This document shows, one piece after another, positions 13,108 to 27,084 of a stretch of DNA of 64,000 bases (position 1 is the stretch's first letter; every line of letters starts with the position of its first letter). Source of the stretch: Octopus vulgaris (Eukaryota); the NCBI GenBank assembly GCA_951406725.2, contig OX597816.1, positions 21,824,001-21,888,000 of the forward strand, in the 5' to 3' direction. Both the position numbers and the translations under genes were made by a program. A model generated the notes under the pieces. That model was not told the DNA's origin and ran no database searches. It saw only the letters and a program-made list of their open reading frames with translations.

Positions 13108-13530
13108 TCTTTCCCAGCAACACACTCAGCGTAACTCCCCCCACTACATGTCTCGCAATTCTTCTGTTTCTCAAGTCGTTGGCCTATATTCAATAATTTT
13201 TGTTGTTATTGTTTATCGTATTACTTCAACGTTCTTTTGTATTCTCTTGCACTCGAAGTGCTGTGACAACAACTGAGTTGTAAATAAGGTGATTCTTTTG
13301 ACCTCAAAGTTAATGAAGTTCGCTATTTTGCTATTCACACACTCTAGTCGTCGCCCATGTTCTTAAAAAATCAGTCAACCTCATAAGTACCATAACAACA
13401 ACGAAGTCAAGAAGACCGCCCATTCAATGAATATTAAAAAAAAATTATCAAAGAATTCTTAAATAAATTCTTCATTAATTCGGGGTTGTGTGAAGTAATT
13501 ACATTTAGTTTCGAATTGAAAAAAAACAAA

Positions 13531-13985
13531 GGATCTTATCGGTTTGAACGACAGTTTTTAACATAATTTCTAGGTAACTAAAAAATTTTAAACTTCGTAT
13601 ACTGGTAGAATGTGTTTATAAAACATCTTTTTCTCTTGGCTTTATTGAGAAACTTCTATAGTTTGTAAGATATTTGTTAGTTGTTTTTTTCTTCAATTTC
13701 TGCAATTCCAACCAATCAATGACGTCTATTGAGGTAAAAAAAAACCCTTCTGTGCCGTATGAATATGTCCCTTGTTTAAGAAATAGATTAGGTTTATTTA
13801 CATTTGTGAAGAAAAAAAGATACCCTTCCCCCCATACTAACCCTAACCCAAAACCTAACTAATCCTACCTAAACCTAACCCTAAAACAGATTGAAATGCA
13901 ATAGATCGATACTAGGGTCATAATTATGGGTGACAATTTCATATGACACCGCTAGAAAAAAGTGCCATTGAAACCGAAAAGATCC
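13531..13985. mobile_element. Non-autonomous DNA transposon with GG termini and 8-bp TSD (Merlin-like), internal (CCCTAA)-like repeats
   Basis: TIR ggatcttatcggtttgaa / ttgaaaccgaaaagatcc; perfect TSD aaaacaaa at 13523-13530 and 13986-13993. Confidence 0.8.
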
Positions 13986-14154
13986 AAAACAAATAGCATT
14001 GGTATAGAAGTGAACCGGGTAAATGTGGATGGAACATGATTTGGTCTGAGCACTTCATATTATTAGAGGCTATATGGTATCTGTGTAATGAAATTAGCAG
14101 TGCGGTTCGTTTAACGGTAACTTTTTCCCGATTAGTTGATCCTGTTTTGTTTCT

Positions 14155-14393
14155 TATATCTTTACTGTCCACAAGGGGCTACACACAGAGAGGACAAACA
14201 AGGACAGACAAACGGATTAAGTCGATTATATCTACCCCAGTGCATAAGTGGTACTTATTTAATCGACCCTGAAAGGATGAAAGGCAAAGTCGACTTCGGC
14301 GGAATTTGAACTCAGAACGTAGTGGCAGACGAAATACCGTTAAGCATTTCGCCCAGCGCGCTAACGTTTCTGGCAGCTTGCCGCCTAGTCTGT
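14155..14393 (-). mobile_element. SINE family B monomer
   Basis: 19-bp TSD ttgatcctgttttgtttct at 14136-14154 and 14394-14412. Confidence 0.9.
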
Positions 14394-14961
14394 TTGATCC
14401 TGTTTTGTTTCTGTGTCCAGACAGGTAAGGCGAACGTGTTTATATGTAGCCGACAGTATGGTATCTGATGCAAAATACCTCATGAAAGGTAGCGAGGAGC
14501 TGCATTTTTCTATCGTCTTGGTTTAACAGCCCTCAACGTTTGTTTTTACTGTCATGTTCTCACTGTCCTATTTTTGTTACCACTTTTACCCTCCGCAAAA
14601 TATCCCAAATTTTATTATTATATGCGGAAAGGACTGTTTCAACGAAGTAGCGAATTGTCCTTACCTTCGTAACTCGGAGTTGATGAAACAGGGGCAACTG
14701 ATGAAGGGGAATTTTCTTTATGTTGCATGTGTCATTTCTCTGTTTGTCTTTTTTGGTTGTTCGAAAAAATGTTCGTTTTCTATGCTTTTGTTTTCATGTT
14801 TTCGTTTCTCATTGTGTTCAACGTTTTTTTATGTCCTGTATCCAAATATGCATGTGTATATACATATATATGTAGGTATGTACATATATGTATATATATA
14901 TGCACATATTATATATTATATTATTTTATGATTGAAAGCCACCCATCATTTTCCAAGTAAG

Positions 14962-15076
<115 letters not shown>

Positions 15077-15379
15077 TTAAATCAACCATTACTAATGATA
15101 AAAATTCGTCACACTGTCTTTAGATAGCAGACATACAAATTTGTTCCAAATTGTTTCTTTACAAAATTTATTCATAAAATCAATAAATAGAGTTGTTATA
15201 CAGCGGCGTCTCTCGTTTCCATGGTATTCTACCATCGGATATGTTTGTTGTTTTCTTTAGGACAGAGTATTCTGCTTGTAAGACCAAGAAGTGTAACAGA
15301 ATGCAACAGTCTCTCACACCAGTAATACGTTTTCATGGGAAATATTGATTTCCAGAGAATGTGCGCTATTTGGTCATCT

Positions 15380-15950
15380 TATTTTCTTTTCTGCTCTTAG
15401 CACAAGGCCAGAAATTTTTGGGAAGGGGGCCAGTTGATTAGACAGAACTGGTACTTAATTTATCGACCCCGAAAGGATGAAAGGCAAAGTCGAACTCGGC
15501 GGAATTTGAATTCAGAACGTAAAGAGAGACGAAATACCTATTTCTTTACTACCTACAAGGAGCTAAACACAGAGAGTACAAACAAGGACAGACAAACGGA
15601 TTAAGTCGATTACATGGACACAGTGCGTAACTGGTATTTATTTAATCGACCCCGAAAGGATGGAAGGCAAAGTTAACCTCGACGGAATTTGAACTCAGAA
15701 CGTAGCGACAGGTGAAATACCTATTTCTTTACTACCCACAAGGGGCTAAACACAGAGGTGACAAACGAGGACAGACAGACGGATTAAGTCGATTATATCG
15801 ACCACAGTGCCTAACTGGTATTTATTTAATCGATCCCGAAAGGATGAAAGGTAAACTCGACCTCGGCGGAATTTGAACTCGGAACGTAAAGACAAACGAA
15901 ATACTGTTAAGCATTTCACCCGGAGTGCTAACGTGTCTGTCAGCTCGCCG
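15380..15950 (-). mobile_element. SINE family B trimer
   Basis: Three roughly 180-bp units each containing cgaaaggat..ggaatttgaa(c/t)tc. Confidence 0.9.
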
Positions 15951-15956
15951 TCGTCA

Positions 15957-16410
15957 CACATTGTCGGCAAATACACTAAGCTCCGGCTGTATAACAGCAA
16001 AGCTCTACCAACATTACTCCACACCAGTGACACATGGAAGAATACCGTAGAAATCGACCGAAAGCATGATGTGTTCCTCCAAAGATGCCTGAGAATGATT
16101 TCCAAAACATACTGGCAAGACAAAATAATCAATAAAAATGTTCTTTTTAAAGAAAGACAACAGAATAACGCTTAATGAAATCATCAGACAACGAAGATTA
16201 AATCTAGCAGGCTACATTGTCAGGCTTCCAGAACAGCAGACATCATTGGAAAGAAAAAGAAATGAGACAGGCCGAAAACTACTCGGCGGAGAACATGCGT
16301 AACTGTTATGAAAGAATCCAATATCGTGGCTGGATGCAGAAAAAAGCTATATCCAAGAGATCAGTGGTGCTAACTCGCTACACAGTATAATGGAAGACAC
16401 AGGAGGAAAT
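15957..16410 (+). pseudogene. RTE-clade LINE 3' fragment (post-RT region)
   Basis: TKLRLYNSKALPTLLHTSDTW..DVFLQRCLRMI..WQDKIIN..IIRQRRLNLAGYIVR matches the RTE C-terminal pattern. Confidence 0.8.
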
Positions 16411-17344
16411 TGAAATTTGACTGAGACTACAATGGGTTAGCTAGAGCGTGTATCACACAGGAAACCATTTATTTTACTGCCCTCCCCAAATATACTAGCG
16501 TACAGATTAGACACAGTAATAAACTACACCCGAGGTGGAGTGGCCATGACCGTCTCCTACTAGCGCTACAGCTTAACTACCTGTAAACAAATTAAAACGA
16601 AAATCAATACTCATATTGTAAGATAAAAAATAACTGAATTATAACAAAACAGTTAGTACTTATTTTATTGCACCTGAAGAATGAAGTGATGACGCGTAGT
16701 TCAGTGATGAGGATTATTCGGGCCATTATATACTTCATACATATTTACAAACGTGTCCTAAAGTGGGGGTTAAAGGTTGAATTCAAAGGCTATAGTGAAA
16801 GACAAATTTGAAAGGAAATTACGCAAACTATCCACTTTCACTTTTGATGTTGCTGAGTCTAAAGCCAACTGGGTGTTAAGCGAAATACTTAACCATTATC
16901 AAGTTTACTGATTTCCCCATGAAATTTCAATGTTTCTAATACATTTTTTTTTTTTGCTAATACTGCTTTTATTTTTGATTAAGGTGATTGTGTTGATATT
17001 AGAATAGAGAGTATAATACTAAATGCAAATGAAGAGTATGTTAGATGATAAAATGTTAATCCATTGAGAAAGTATGAGAGAAACGAACTCAACGAAATGG
17101 TGAGATATGTTTAAGAGTGTTCCTGGATGACAAGAATCTCAAAAGTGAGTAATAAACTGTATTGAATAAATTTTCTTGGGTAGATAATTTGGTAGCCCCA
17201 TAAGCGAACGAACGCATGGTTAGAAATACTATGCACATTTCCTAATCTGTAAAAAAACAACACATTCTTTTCTACTCTAGACACAAAGGTCGAAATTTTG
17301 GGGCAAGGGTCAGTCGATTAGATCTTTTGTTGGATTCCTGGCAG

Positions 17345-17600
17345 CAAGTGTGACCTTGCACAAGGCACTTTATTTCATGTCACACTTTATTCCACGTTCA
17401 CTCAACTGGCAAAAATGATTTGTACCTGAAAATCAAAAGGCCACTTTTACTCATTCTGGGTCATGCTAGATCTCCTTGAACACTAATCAATTGTATGCGT
17501 GTTTGTGAAGTGCTCAGCCACCTGCTCGTTAATTTCGTCAGCCGGAAGTTCTGTTGATCGAATCGACTGGGACACACACCATCGTAACAGACAGAGTGCC
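17345..17600 (+). mobile_element. CORE-like SINE remnant with tail T2
   Basis: caaggcactttatttca..cactcaactggcaaaaatga followed by gtgctcagcca..gttaatttc..cgtaacagacagagtgc. Confidence 0.65.
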
Positions 17601-18156
17601 AGTTTTCTTCAGGATACAAACAATTTTCATCCCGTCAGGATTTGAATCCAGAAGTTAAAGATTTTAAAACTAAATACTGTCAAACATTCTGCACGATGCT
17701 CTACCGATTCTGACATCTCAATGTATTTTTATTTTGTTATATATTAGTGCCTAAAAATTACAGACAATAAACGAAGAATTAATTGTTTTTCATTATGCAA
17801 AAAAAACCCAAAAAAACCTCCAGAATCAGTTGACTGCACAAATGAAGGTTCAATTGTCACTTGCTTGAGAATTGAAATTGTGAGGAAGAATTAAAGAATT
17901 ACCATTTTTTACTTGTCTAATGAAGAAAAGTTCTAAGTCTGTTGGTTGCACAAATACGTTGAATATTGTACTTTATAAAATGCTATTTTAATATAAAATA
18001 CAAGACTGATAACGTTTAGAAAGAGTGACTATATATAAATATTCGCAGATATTTTCAGGTAAATATCTGCGAAAATATCAGAGAATTAAAATATTATTCT
18101 TTATTTATATCTAAAAACACTGTCGGTAAAAACGAGGAATAGTCGTATTTCCTCTT

Positions 18157-18536
18157 ACGAGTGGGTGCTGAAAAATTCCTGGTTTTGGGTAAAAGAAAAT
18201 ATAAGAGGATCAGTGTATTATTATTTCGATTTTGGATTTGGTTTGCAAGATTCTTTTTATGAGTTCGTGTGTTGAAGCATATTCTTTTGTGTCTGGGGAG
18301 AGTCATTTTCTTTTAATGCCTTATAATATAACGCACTCACCGGTAACATTTCCACTCTCCCCAGACACAAGAGTGTATTATGACTTCACTCAATAATATA
18401 CCGCCTCAGATTCACGCACTTATTGCAGCGGTCCTTCAGTTTTTCTAAAGCCCTGTAAAATAACTCAAATGTTTGTGCCACCAGCCAGGCCTTTCGCGAC
18501 ACCTTTCAAGCAGGAATTTTCCTGTACATCTCGCAT
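18157..18536. mobile_element. Tc1/mariner-type MITE remnant with internal insertion
   Basis: Left end ta-cgagtgggtgctgaaaaattcctgg; degraded right end caggaattttcctgtacatctcg. Confidence 0.5.
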
Positions 18537-18878
18537 ATTCCTTAAACGATAATGTTTAACAGCAGCTAGCTAACTTACATTAAAAAGTTATTATCTTGTA
18601 ACATCATATCTATTTATTTATAAGTGTGTTTATTATTATTGCCATTGTTTTCACAATTTCATCATTTAAGTAACATATGCGTATTGTATTTGCTGGTGCG
18701 TGTTTTGGCAAACCACGAAATCGTTTTATAGGTACATAGATATAAAGATCTAGCCTTCAGCTACTGGTGTGATTAGTGGCTTCAAAGATATTAATTAGTG
18801 CTTTATCTTTTCACCACTTCCTCCTCTTCGAGTTTCGGTTCAAGTTTCTTGCAGCCTAAAAACCTTCAGAAGAACATG

Positions 18879-19030
<152 letters not shown>

Positions 19031-19419
19031 CTGTCTCTTGTCTATCTGTCTGTCTACTTATCTTTTTGTCTATTACTCTGCTTGTCTGCATTCTGGAACG
19101 TACGTACATACATATGTACACACACATGTATGTATGTATGTATGCATATGTACACACACATATATGCATATATATACATACACACATATGCATACACAAA
19201 CATGTACGTATATATATCTACAGCTGTCTGCTTATGTATGTTTAGTTATCACGCATGCATGATTACATGCATATATGTATTCATGTATGTGTGAATACAT
19301 TTATATATGTGTATATAAAGGTAGGTAACAAAATAGTCAAATCTACGACTTGTAGAGTGAACAAGTTCCCTCTGCTAATAAGTCCTTTTGAAGTAGCTCC
19401 AAATAACCTAAGCTGAAAT

Positions 19420-19655
19420 ACTCTTTTACTCTTTTACTTGTTTCAGTCATTTGACTGTGGACATGCTGGAGCACCGCCTTTAGTCGACCAAATCGACCCC
19501 AGGATGTGTTCTTTGTAAGCCTTGTACATATTCTATCGGTCTATTTTGCCGAACCGCTAGAATACGGGGATATAAACACACCAGCATCGGTTGTCAAGCG
19601 ATGATCGGGGGACAAACACAGACACACAAACACGTCTCTCACACCAGTAATACAT

Positions 19656-19708
<53 letters not shown>

Positions 19709-19876
19709 CGACGGGCTTCTTTCAGTTTCCATCTACCAAATCCACTCACTCACAAGGCTTTGTTCGGCCCGAGGCTATAGTAGAAGACACTTGCCCAAGG
19801 TCCCACGCAGTGGGATTGAACTCGGTACCATGTGGTTCTTAAGCAATCTACTTACCACCCATCCACTCCTACGCCT
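19420..19876 (-). mobile_element. SINE family A
   Basis: Full-length match to the 57492-57910 copy. Confidence 0.9.
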
Positions 19877-19914
19877 GGTATTTTCTCGCGACTTAACTTT
19901 TAAATTCAGGAGAC

Positions 19915-20131
19915 CCATTTATATATTCCTTGTCCACATGAGGCTAAACATAGCGGGGACAAACAAGGACACACAGATGGATTAAGTCGTAACTAGTACT
20001 TATTTAATCGACCCCGAAACTGTGAAAGGTAAAGTCGACCACGGCAGAATTTGAACTCAGAATATGATGGCTGACGAAATACTGCTAAGCATTTTGCCTG
20101 GCATGCTAACGATTCAACCAGCTTGCCGCCT
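19915..20131 (-). mobile_element. SINE family B
   Basis: Family B motifs. Confidence 0.8.
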
Positions 20132-20369
20132 TTTTATACACAACAGAGAAACGAATAGTGGCAATTTAAATCTTGGCTTCGGTTTGGTGGGACTTTTTCA
20201 TGATGTGAAGAAAGTCCAACTCTGATTTTACATCTCCCGCTATCTCATAGTGATACTAGAGTTTAGGGCGGAAAAACAAAGACTATATTACGTATATCAC
20301 TATGGGCTCAGGTAAGGAGGCTCATCTATATGAACGATTACTTTGCCTTTGACAATTACAAAAAAAATA

Positions 20370-20776
20370 TTGGTTTCAAAATTTGACACATGGCCAGCAA
20401 TTATGAGACAGGGAGTAAATCGATTACATCGACCCCAGTACTCGACTGATATTTATTTTATCGACCTCGAAGTCAAAGTCGACCTCGACGGAATTTCAAC
20501 GCAGAAGGTATAGACCAACGAAATGCTACAAAGCATTTTGTCAGGCATTTCCGAATCTGTTAAGTACAACACATTCTTTTCTACTCTAGGCACAAAGGTC
20601 AGTCGTGCAGATCGAACCCCAGTGCGTAACTGGTACTTAATTTATCGACTCCGTAAGGATGAAAGGCAAAGTCAACCTTGGCGGAATTTGAACTCTACAC
20701 GTAAAGATAGACGAAATACCGCTAAGCCTTTCATCTGGCGCCCTAACGTTTCTGCCAGCTCGCCGCCCTGTAAGAA
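20370..20776 (-). mobile_element. Two adjacent SINE family B copies
   Basis: Second copy flanked by direct repeat acaacacatt near 20566 and 20777. Confidence 0.8.
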
Positions 20777-20979
20777 ACAACACATTGTATGATACGCGCT
20801 CTTATTAAAAGAGACTAAAAAGAAGATGGGACGTTCTTCAATTGACTACATTCAGATCATATGAATTTTCAATCAGGGCTCTTCTGAGTCTAAGTTATAA
20901 GCAGTTACGTTAAACTGAAATAATGAACAAAATACATAAGACAACAGCGATAAAAGCGACGACCAGGTCGATATCTATG

Positions 20980-20988
20980 AGGATGATA

Positions 20989-21019
<31 letters not shown>

Positions 21020-21120
21020 CAACGACGATGATAATGCTGACAATGAGGATGACGGTGACGACGACGACGATGCTAACAACGCAGGTGACACCCGAAGACG
21101 GTGGTGAGGATGATGTTGAT
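20980..21120. repeat. (GAT/GAC)n trinucleotide repeat
   Basis: Direct inspection. Confidence 0.9.
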
Positions 21121-21348
21121 GGCAATATTCTTACATAAAGACGAATGGAAATGGCAACAGCTGCGAAGCTAAAAGCAGATCACGTTGGAACGTCACTGGG
21201 AAATTGCCACTAGTTAAACATTGAGATATCTGCCATGAGCAGTCATCTAAGTCTGGGTTAAATCTAACTCCGCTGTCTCCGGTTTGAAGGAGTTGCTTCA
21301 AAATTTGATATAAATGCTCCTTTCAATTGTTTCTTTTATTCATTAGAC

Positions 21349-21813
21349 TATATATATATGTATACATATATGTACATATATATTAAAATGTATATATACA
21401 TATACATATATATATACTAATATATATACATATATATATAATAATATATATACATATATATACATATATATATGTACATATGTATATACACATATATATA
21501 TATATATATATATATGCATATATATATATACATAATATATATGTATATATATGCATATATATATATATATATATATATATACGTATTAATATATATGTAT
21601 ATATATATATATATATATATACATATTAATATATATTTACATATATACATATATGAATATATGTATATATATACATATATATACATAAATGGATACATGT
21701 ATATATATACATACATATATGTATATATATATATGTATACATATTTGTATTAATATATATATATATGCATATATACATATGCATATATATATATGAATAT
21801 ATATGCAGATATG

Positions 21814-21844
<31 letters not shown>

Positions 21845-21852
21845 CATATATA
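21349..21852. repeat. Degenerate (TA)n field
   Basis: Direct inspection. Confidence 0.9.
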
Positions 21853-22496
21853 TTGTTTCTTATTTGTTATTTGCTTTCATTGGTTTCTCTATTTCTTTAT
21901 TTCCCATTAGTACTGCGCGCTAACATTAGATGGTGAAATAACTACACAGATAAATAAACATCATATCAGTTGAGATCTTTTTATATGCTGTTATTTAGCT
22001 ATAAAATATATATTAGAAAGAAATAATAATAAAAGACGGTCGCTATTCCTATTGTTGTTATCATTATCATCATCATCATTACCACTATCGGAATCTGCAC
22101 CATCACCACCTATACCATTATTGTGTTAGACTTTAGCATATAAGAGAAAAGCTATTTTAAATATACGTTTTAGGTTGTGTCAAGATTCATAACGTCATGC
22201 ACGCAAAATTGAACAATTTCAGTGAGAAATGGATGAGAATGTTCTCGATGCTTTTCACGAAAAATATTAAAATCAATAGAGACAGAAACGTAAATTTCTT
22301 TGAGAATAGCTACAAATGCAATATTTAGCTAATTTCCATCATCACTTACACGTTTCAGGTCAAAAACGTAGAAATTTTCTATTAAAAATTATAAACAACA
22401 ACAAAATAACATTTACGAAAAAGTGAATGCATATATATATATATATATATATATACAGATAGATAGATAGATATGGATATATATATATAAATACAT

Positions 22497-22564
<68 letters not shown>

Positions 22565-22640
22565 GGCATCTATGTATACGTATATGTATAAAATGCGTAT
22601 GTATATATATAATGCATATGTATACATGTATATGTGTGTT

Positions 22641-22675
<35 letters not shown>

Positions 22676-23620
22676 GCATGTATATGCATGTAATCTTTGT
22701 ATATACATCTGTAATATATGTGTATTAATCTATATAAATGCATATATATATGTGTGTGTGCAAGTGCGTGTGCATGTGCCTCAACGTCTATGCATGTGTA
22801 TTTAAATATATATGTATGTAAACGTGTGAATATATATATACATATACATTTAGAGACAGATAGATAGATGTGTATATATATATATATATACCTGTAATAT
22901 CGTATATGTAATTACACACTGACGCATGCAGTCTGTCACTCACACACAGGCAGACACATGAACACCCACACGTACACACAGACATGCACAACAGTTTAAA
23001 CCAAGTTCCTCACAGTTACTATGGTGATCAATTTTCTTCGCAAATCTTATATGATTTATCCATCAGCTTTATAAGAAGAAATATGTTCAGTAACTCCACT
23101 TCAGTGAAAGATTGTTAATTATTTTCAAGTTTCTAAGTTACATTACATTACATTACTTCTTAGATGTATTCTGTCCACACATTGTAGGTCAGCTCATCTT
23201 CTCTTGGCTGGCGCTGTCTTCATCTAAGGAGATAATAGATAAGAAAAGACAAGCCACTTCACAGGCCTTTAATTTCTTTTCCGTAAGAGATAAATTGATA
23301 TCTTAATATTTGACAGAGTACCAGATATTACTTTGTGGATGTGATTAAATACATTAATAGCATTTTGCCCGCCTGTATTCCCAATTTATTTTCAGTATGA
23401 TGTTTTATTCTCTCTCAATTTCTTGGGCTGATAGACATGGGGATGTGTCGGTGATAGTCTGAACTTTGCTGATGAAGCTAGATTTACTAAACATGAATGT
23501 GCTATCTTGTTTAAGCCAGTTTATTATGAAATGGTCCCGGAAACTAGTGACATATCGTAGGTAATGAAAGAAGGCGTGCTGAACATTATGTAAGATAAAT
23601 TTAAGGTATTGTTTTAGAAA

Positions 23621-23679
<59 letters not shown>

Positions 23680-24434
23680 TGTGTATATATATACACATAT
23701 ATACATATATATACATATATTTACATATATATATATATATATACATACATATACATATATATATATATATACATACATAGATATAGATATAGATATTATA
23801 TATATATATGTGTGTGTATGTGTGTAATCAATAAACAGGGTAGAAAAAGTGTAATACATACATCTTGTTCAAAAGTATATTAGAATCATATGCTGAGATA
23901 AACATTTATCTAACTTCACATATGTTTCCACAATGAAATTCTATATATTCCACATTATCTACTCGGTTTATAGACGTACCATGCATTCGCTTAAATCTAG
24001 GGTATTTATTTCATAAAAGAAAACCAAATTTTCACATGTTCGCTACCCACTATTTCGTCCGTTGGCATCATTAAAGGAGGTAATACATTAATAATTATTT
24101 CGAATAAAATCTGCTTTTCAACTCCAGCCACACATTATTTCACAGATGTTAATCTACAGTTTGTCGTGTTCTATGTGAAGAATATCATCTTCACCGTTCT
24201 AAGTGACAAATACAAGCTGAATTACAAAGAAAAGCAAAGGAAAAGCAAGGACCACCTCGCGAATATGCATGATATACATCCATCCTGATGCGTATGCCAA
24301 GGTTACTATATGATGCTATTTTTATCATTTATTGTTCATCTTTTACTTTAGCCTGCAGCCATCCTGTGTTACCGCCTTGATATCTTTTTAGACGAATGAA
24401 TCGAACACTGTACTTTTTTTTAATGCATAGTCCA

Positions 24435-24855
24435 CTTACGCACTGGGGTCGATATAATCGACTTAATCCGTTTGTCTGTCCTTGTTCGTCCCCTTTGTGT
24501 TTAGCCCCTCGTGGGTAGTAAAGAAATAGGTATTTCGTCTGCCGTTACGTTCTGAGTTCAAATTCCGCCGAGGTCGACTTTGCCTTTCATCCTTTCGGGG
24601 TCGATTAAATAACTACCAGTTACGCACTGGGGTCAATATAATCGACTTAATCCGTTTGTTTGTCCTTGTTTGTACCCTCTGTGTGTAGCCCCTTGTGAGT
24701 AGTAAAGAAATATGTATTTTCGTCTCTCTTTATGCTCTGAGTTCAAATTTCGTCAAGGTCGACTTTGCCTTTCATCTTTTCGGGATCAATAAATAAAGAC
24801 CAATTGCGTACTGGAGTCGATCTGATTTCAGGCCTTGTGTCTAGGGTAGAAAAAA
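24435..24855 (+). mobile_element. SINE family B multimer, 5'-truncated
   Basis: Repeated units joined at aaagaaata|..gtatttcgtct. Confidence 0.85.
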
Positions 24856-25029
24856 TTATAGTGAACTGCATTGAAATCTTGGCTTTCGTGATCAAGCATA
24901 AGCAGATCAATTGAAATTTATAGTTGTTTCATTCTTAATTAGTACTTTTATGTTATTGATCTCAGAGATCGGCTGACAGGTGAAAGTCACGCTCGATTAT
25001 AATACATTGGTACTAATTCTATTTTGTTG

Positions 25030-25105
25030 GATTGGATTGCCTACATCTAGTCCACTGCGGGACGAAGGCCTTTGCATGTTCTCTCTACCAACCAGTCTGA
25101 TGTGG
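25030..25105 (-). mobile_element. Short RTE-like LINE 3' end
   Basis: Minus strand reads REHAKAFVPQWT, resembling the RTE terminal EAFVQQW motif, then a short repeat tail. Confidence 0.4.
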
Positions 25106-25255
25106 AGGTCGTGAATTTGAGCATGAGATCATACTGGTATGATGAGTCACCGCTCCCATATAGGCCCGATATAGCTTGATAGAGGAGTAGAGTTTTGTTA
25201 TTCTTACCCAGTGTTCGGCTGGTACTTATTTTATTGTCTGGTATTTATTTTAAAA

Positions 25256-25641
25256 GTGGAGGCGCAATGGCCCAGTGGTTAGGGCAGTGGACTCGCGGTC
25301 ATAGGATCGCGGTTTCGATTCCCAGACCGGGCGTTGTGAGTGTTTATTGAGCGAAAACACGTAAAGCTCCACGAGGCTCCGGCAGGGGATGGTAGTGATC
25401 CCTGCTGTACTCTTTCACCACAACTTTCTCTAACTCTTACTTCCTGTTTCTGTTGTACCTGTATTTCAAAGGGCCGGCCTTGTCACTCTCTGTGTCACGC
25501 TGAATATCCCTGAGAACTACGTTAAGGGTACACGTGTCTGTGGAGTGCTCAGCCACTTACACGTTAATTTCACGAGCAGGCTGTTCCGTTGATTCGGATC
25601 AACTGGGACCCTCATCGTCGTAACCGACAAAGTGCTTCCAC
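25256..25641 (+). mobile_element. tRNA-derived SINE family C (tail T2)
   Basis: A and B boxes; TSD atttattttaaa at 25243-25254 and 25642-25653. Confidence 0.9.
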
Positions 25642-25903
25642 ATTTATTTTAAAGGGAGGTTAACCGTTCTTATCTATGACAGATGATAAAGTGTGACGAG
25701 GTTAATGAATCGAAACAGAAAATGATTAGTCACTCCGGTAATTACAATCCGACGAAATTTAAGTCTGCACATTTAACGCTTCCATTTAATTTGGTCATTG
25801 TAATTATTTTTATTAAAATTGTATTTCCGTTGGTAAGTATTGAGGATTTGTTATAAATTTCCACTTCAAACCTCCCAGTTGTCAATAAATGTTAGACACT
25901 TTA

Positions 25904-26300
25904 AGGCGGCGAGCTGGCAGAAACGTTAACACGCCGGGCGAAATGCATAGCCGTATTTCGTCTGTCGTTACCTTCTGAGTTCAAATTCCGCCGAGGTCGA
26001 CTTTGCCTTTCATCATTTCAGGGTCGATTAAACAAGTACCAGTTACGCACTGGGGTCGATATATTCGACTTAATCCGTTTGTCTGTCCTTGTTCGTCCCC
26101 TCTGTGTGTAGCCCCTTGTGGGTAGTAAAGAAATAGGTATTTCGTTTGTCTCTACGTTTAGAGTTCAAATTCCGCCGAGGTCGACTTTGCTTTTTATCCT
26201 TTCGCGGTAGATAAATTAAGTATCAATTGCGTACTGGGGTCGATCTAATCGACTGGCCCCTCACCAAAGATTTCTGGCCTTGTGCCTTGAGTAGAAAAGA
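25904..26300 (+). mobile_element. SINE family B dimer
   Basis: Two units; flanking repeat aaatg(t/c)tagacact. Confidence 0.9.
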
Positions 26301-26469
26301 ACAAAATGCTAGACACTGACCGCAGCTCATTTTTTAGGGAGAGAGAGTCTGTTCACTCTGCAGTTAAACATTTGTTTGTTTCTTGTGGTTGTCTGAGCCG
26401 AATGAAAGTGATAGTATTTTAAGAATGTTGTTTTAGTAGCGTCTCAAGTGTTGTATAAGTGACGGTGTG

Positions 26470-26632
26470 CAATGCTGTCTTAAAACATGGGGACATCGGG
26501 AAGTTTTTCATAGGGCCTCACGGTTCTACAGGCCCAATTTTGATGCTGCAGCTTTCTGTCAACTGTATATTTATCAGAGGGCTCAGTGCACTAATTTGTC
26601 CGGGGTCCTATAATGCCACTAAGACAGCCCAT
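26470..26632. mobile_element. Degraded hAT-like MITE
   Basis: Ends gctgtctta / taagacagc resemble CAGGGCCGTCTTA-type TIRs; no TSD seen. Confidence 0.3.
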
Positions 26633-26769
26633 ACTACAAGGCAATAATGATGGAGCTTCTGCGGAATTAATGAAACATAGTTGAGGATATTTAGCGCAGA
26701 GACCCTGCAAACCTTTTCACCGGCACTTTATGCAAACACATATACATACATATATATATATATATTTGT

Positions 26770-26832
<63 letters not shown>

Positions 26833-27027
26833 GTTTACTCTTTTACTTGTTTCAGTCATTTGACTGCGGCTTCTTTCAGTTTCCGTCTACCAAATGCACT
26901 CACAAGTCTTTGGTCAGCCCGAGGCTATAGTAGAAGACACTTCCCCAAAGTGCCACGTAGAGGGCTGGAACCCCGGAACCATGTGGTTGGTAAGCAAGCT
27001 ATTTACAATACATCCACTCCTGCGCCT
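26833..27027 (-). mobile_element. SINE family A with internal deletion
   Basis: Tail fused directly to the 5' half at tgcggcttctttc. Confidence 0.8.
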
Positions 27028-27030
27028 ATT

Positions 27031-27084
<54 letters not shown>

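Noticed and set aside
14690-14770. CTGATGAAGGGG as a hammerhead core
   Set aside because: Could not build stems with a properly placed GAAA
15380-15950. Regularly spaced repeats resembling a CRISPR array
   Set aside because: The whole unit repeats, there are no unique spacers, and the context is eukaryotic
23433-23566. Possible short exon (ag..[11 protein letters not shown]..gt)
   Set aside because: In-frame stop just before the donor and no recognisable homology
25256-25330. tRNA-like sequence with A and B boxes (also 10732, 32660, 56280)
   Set aside because: These are SINE heads continuing into shared bodies with TSDs; no complete cloverleaf
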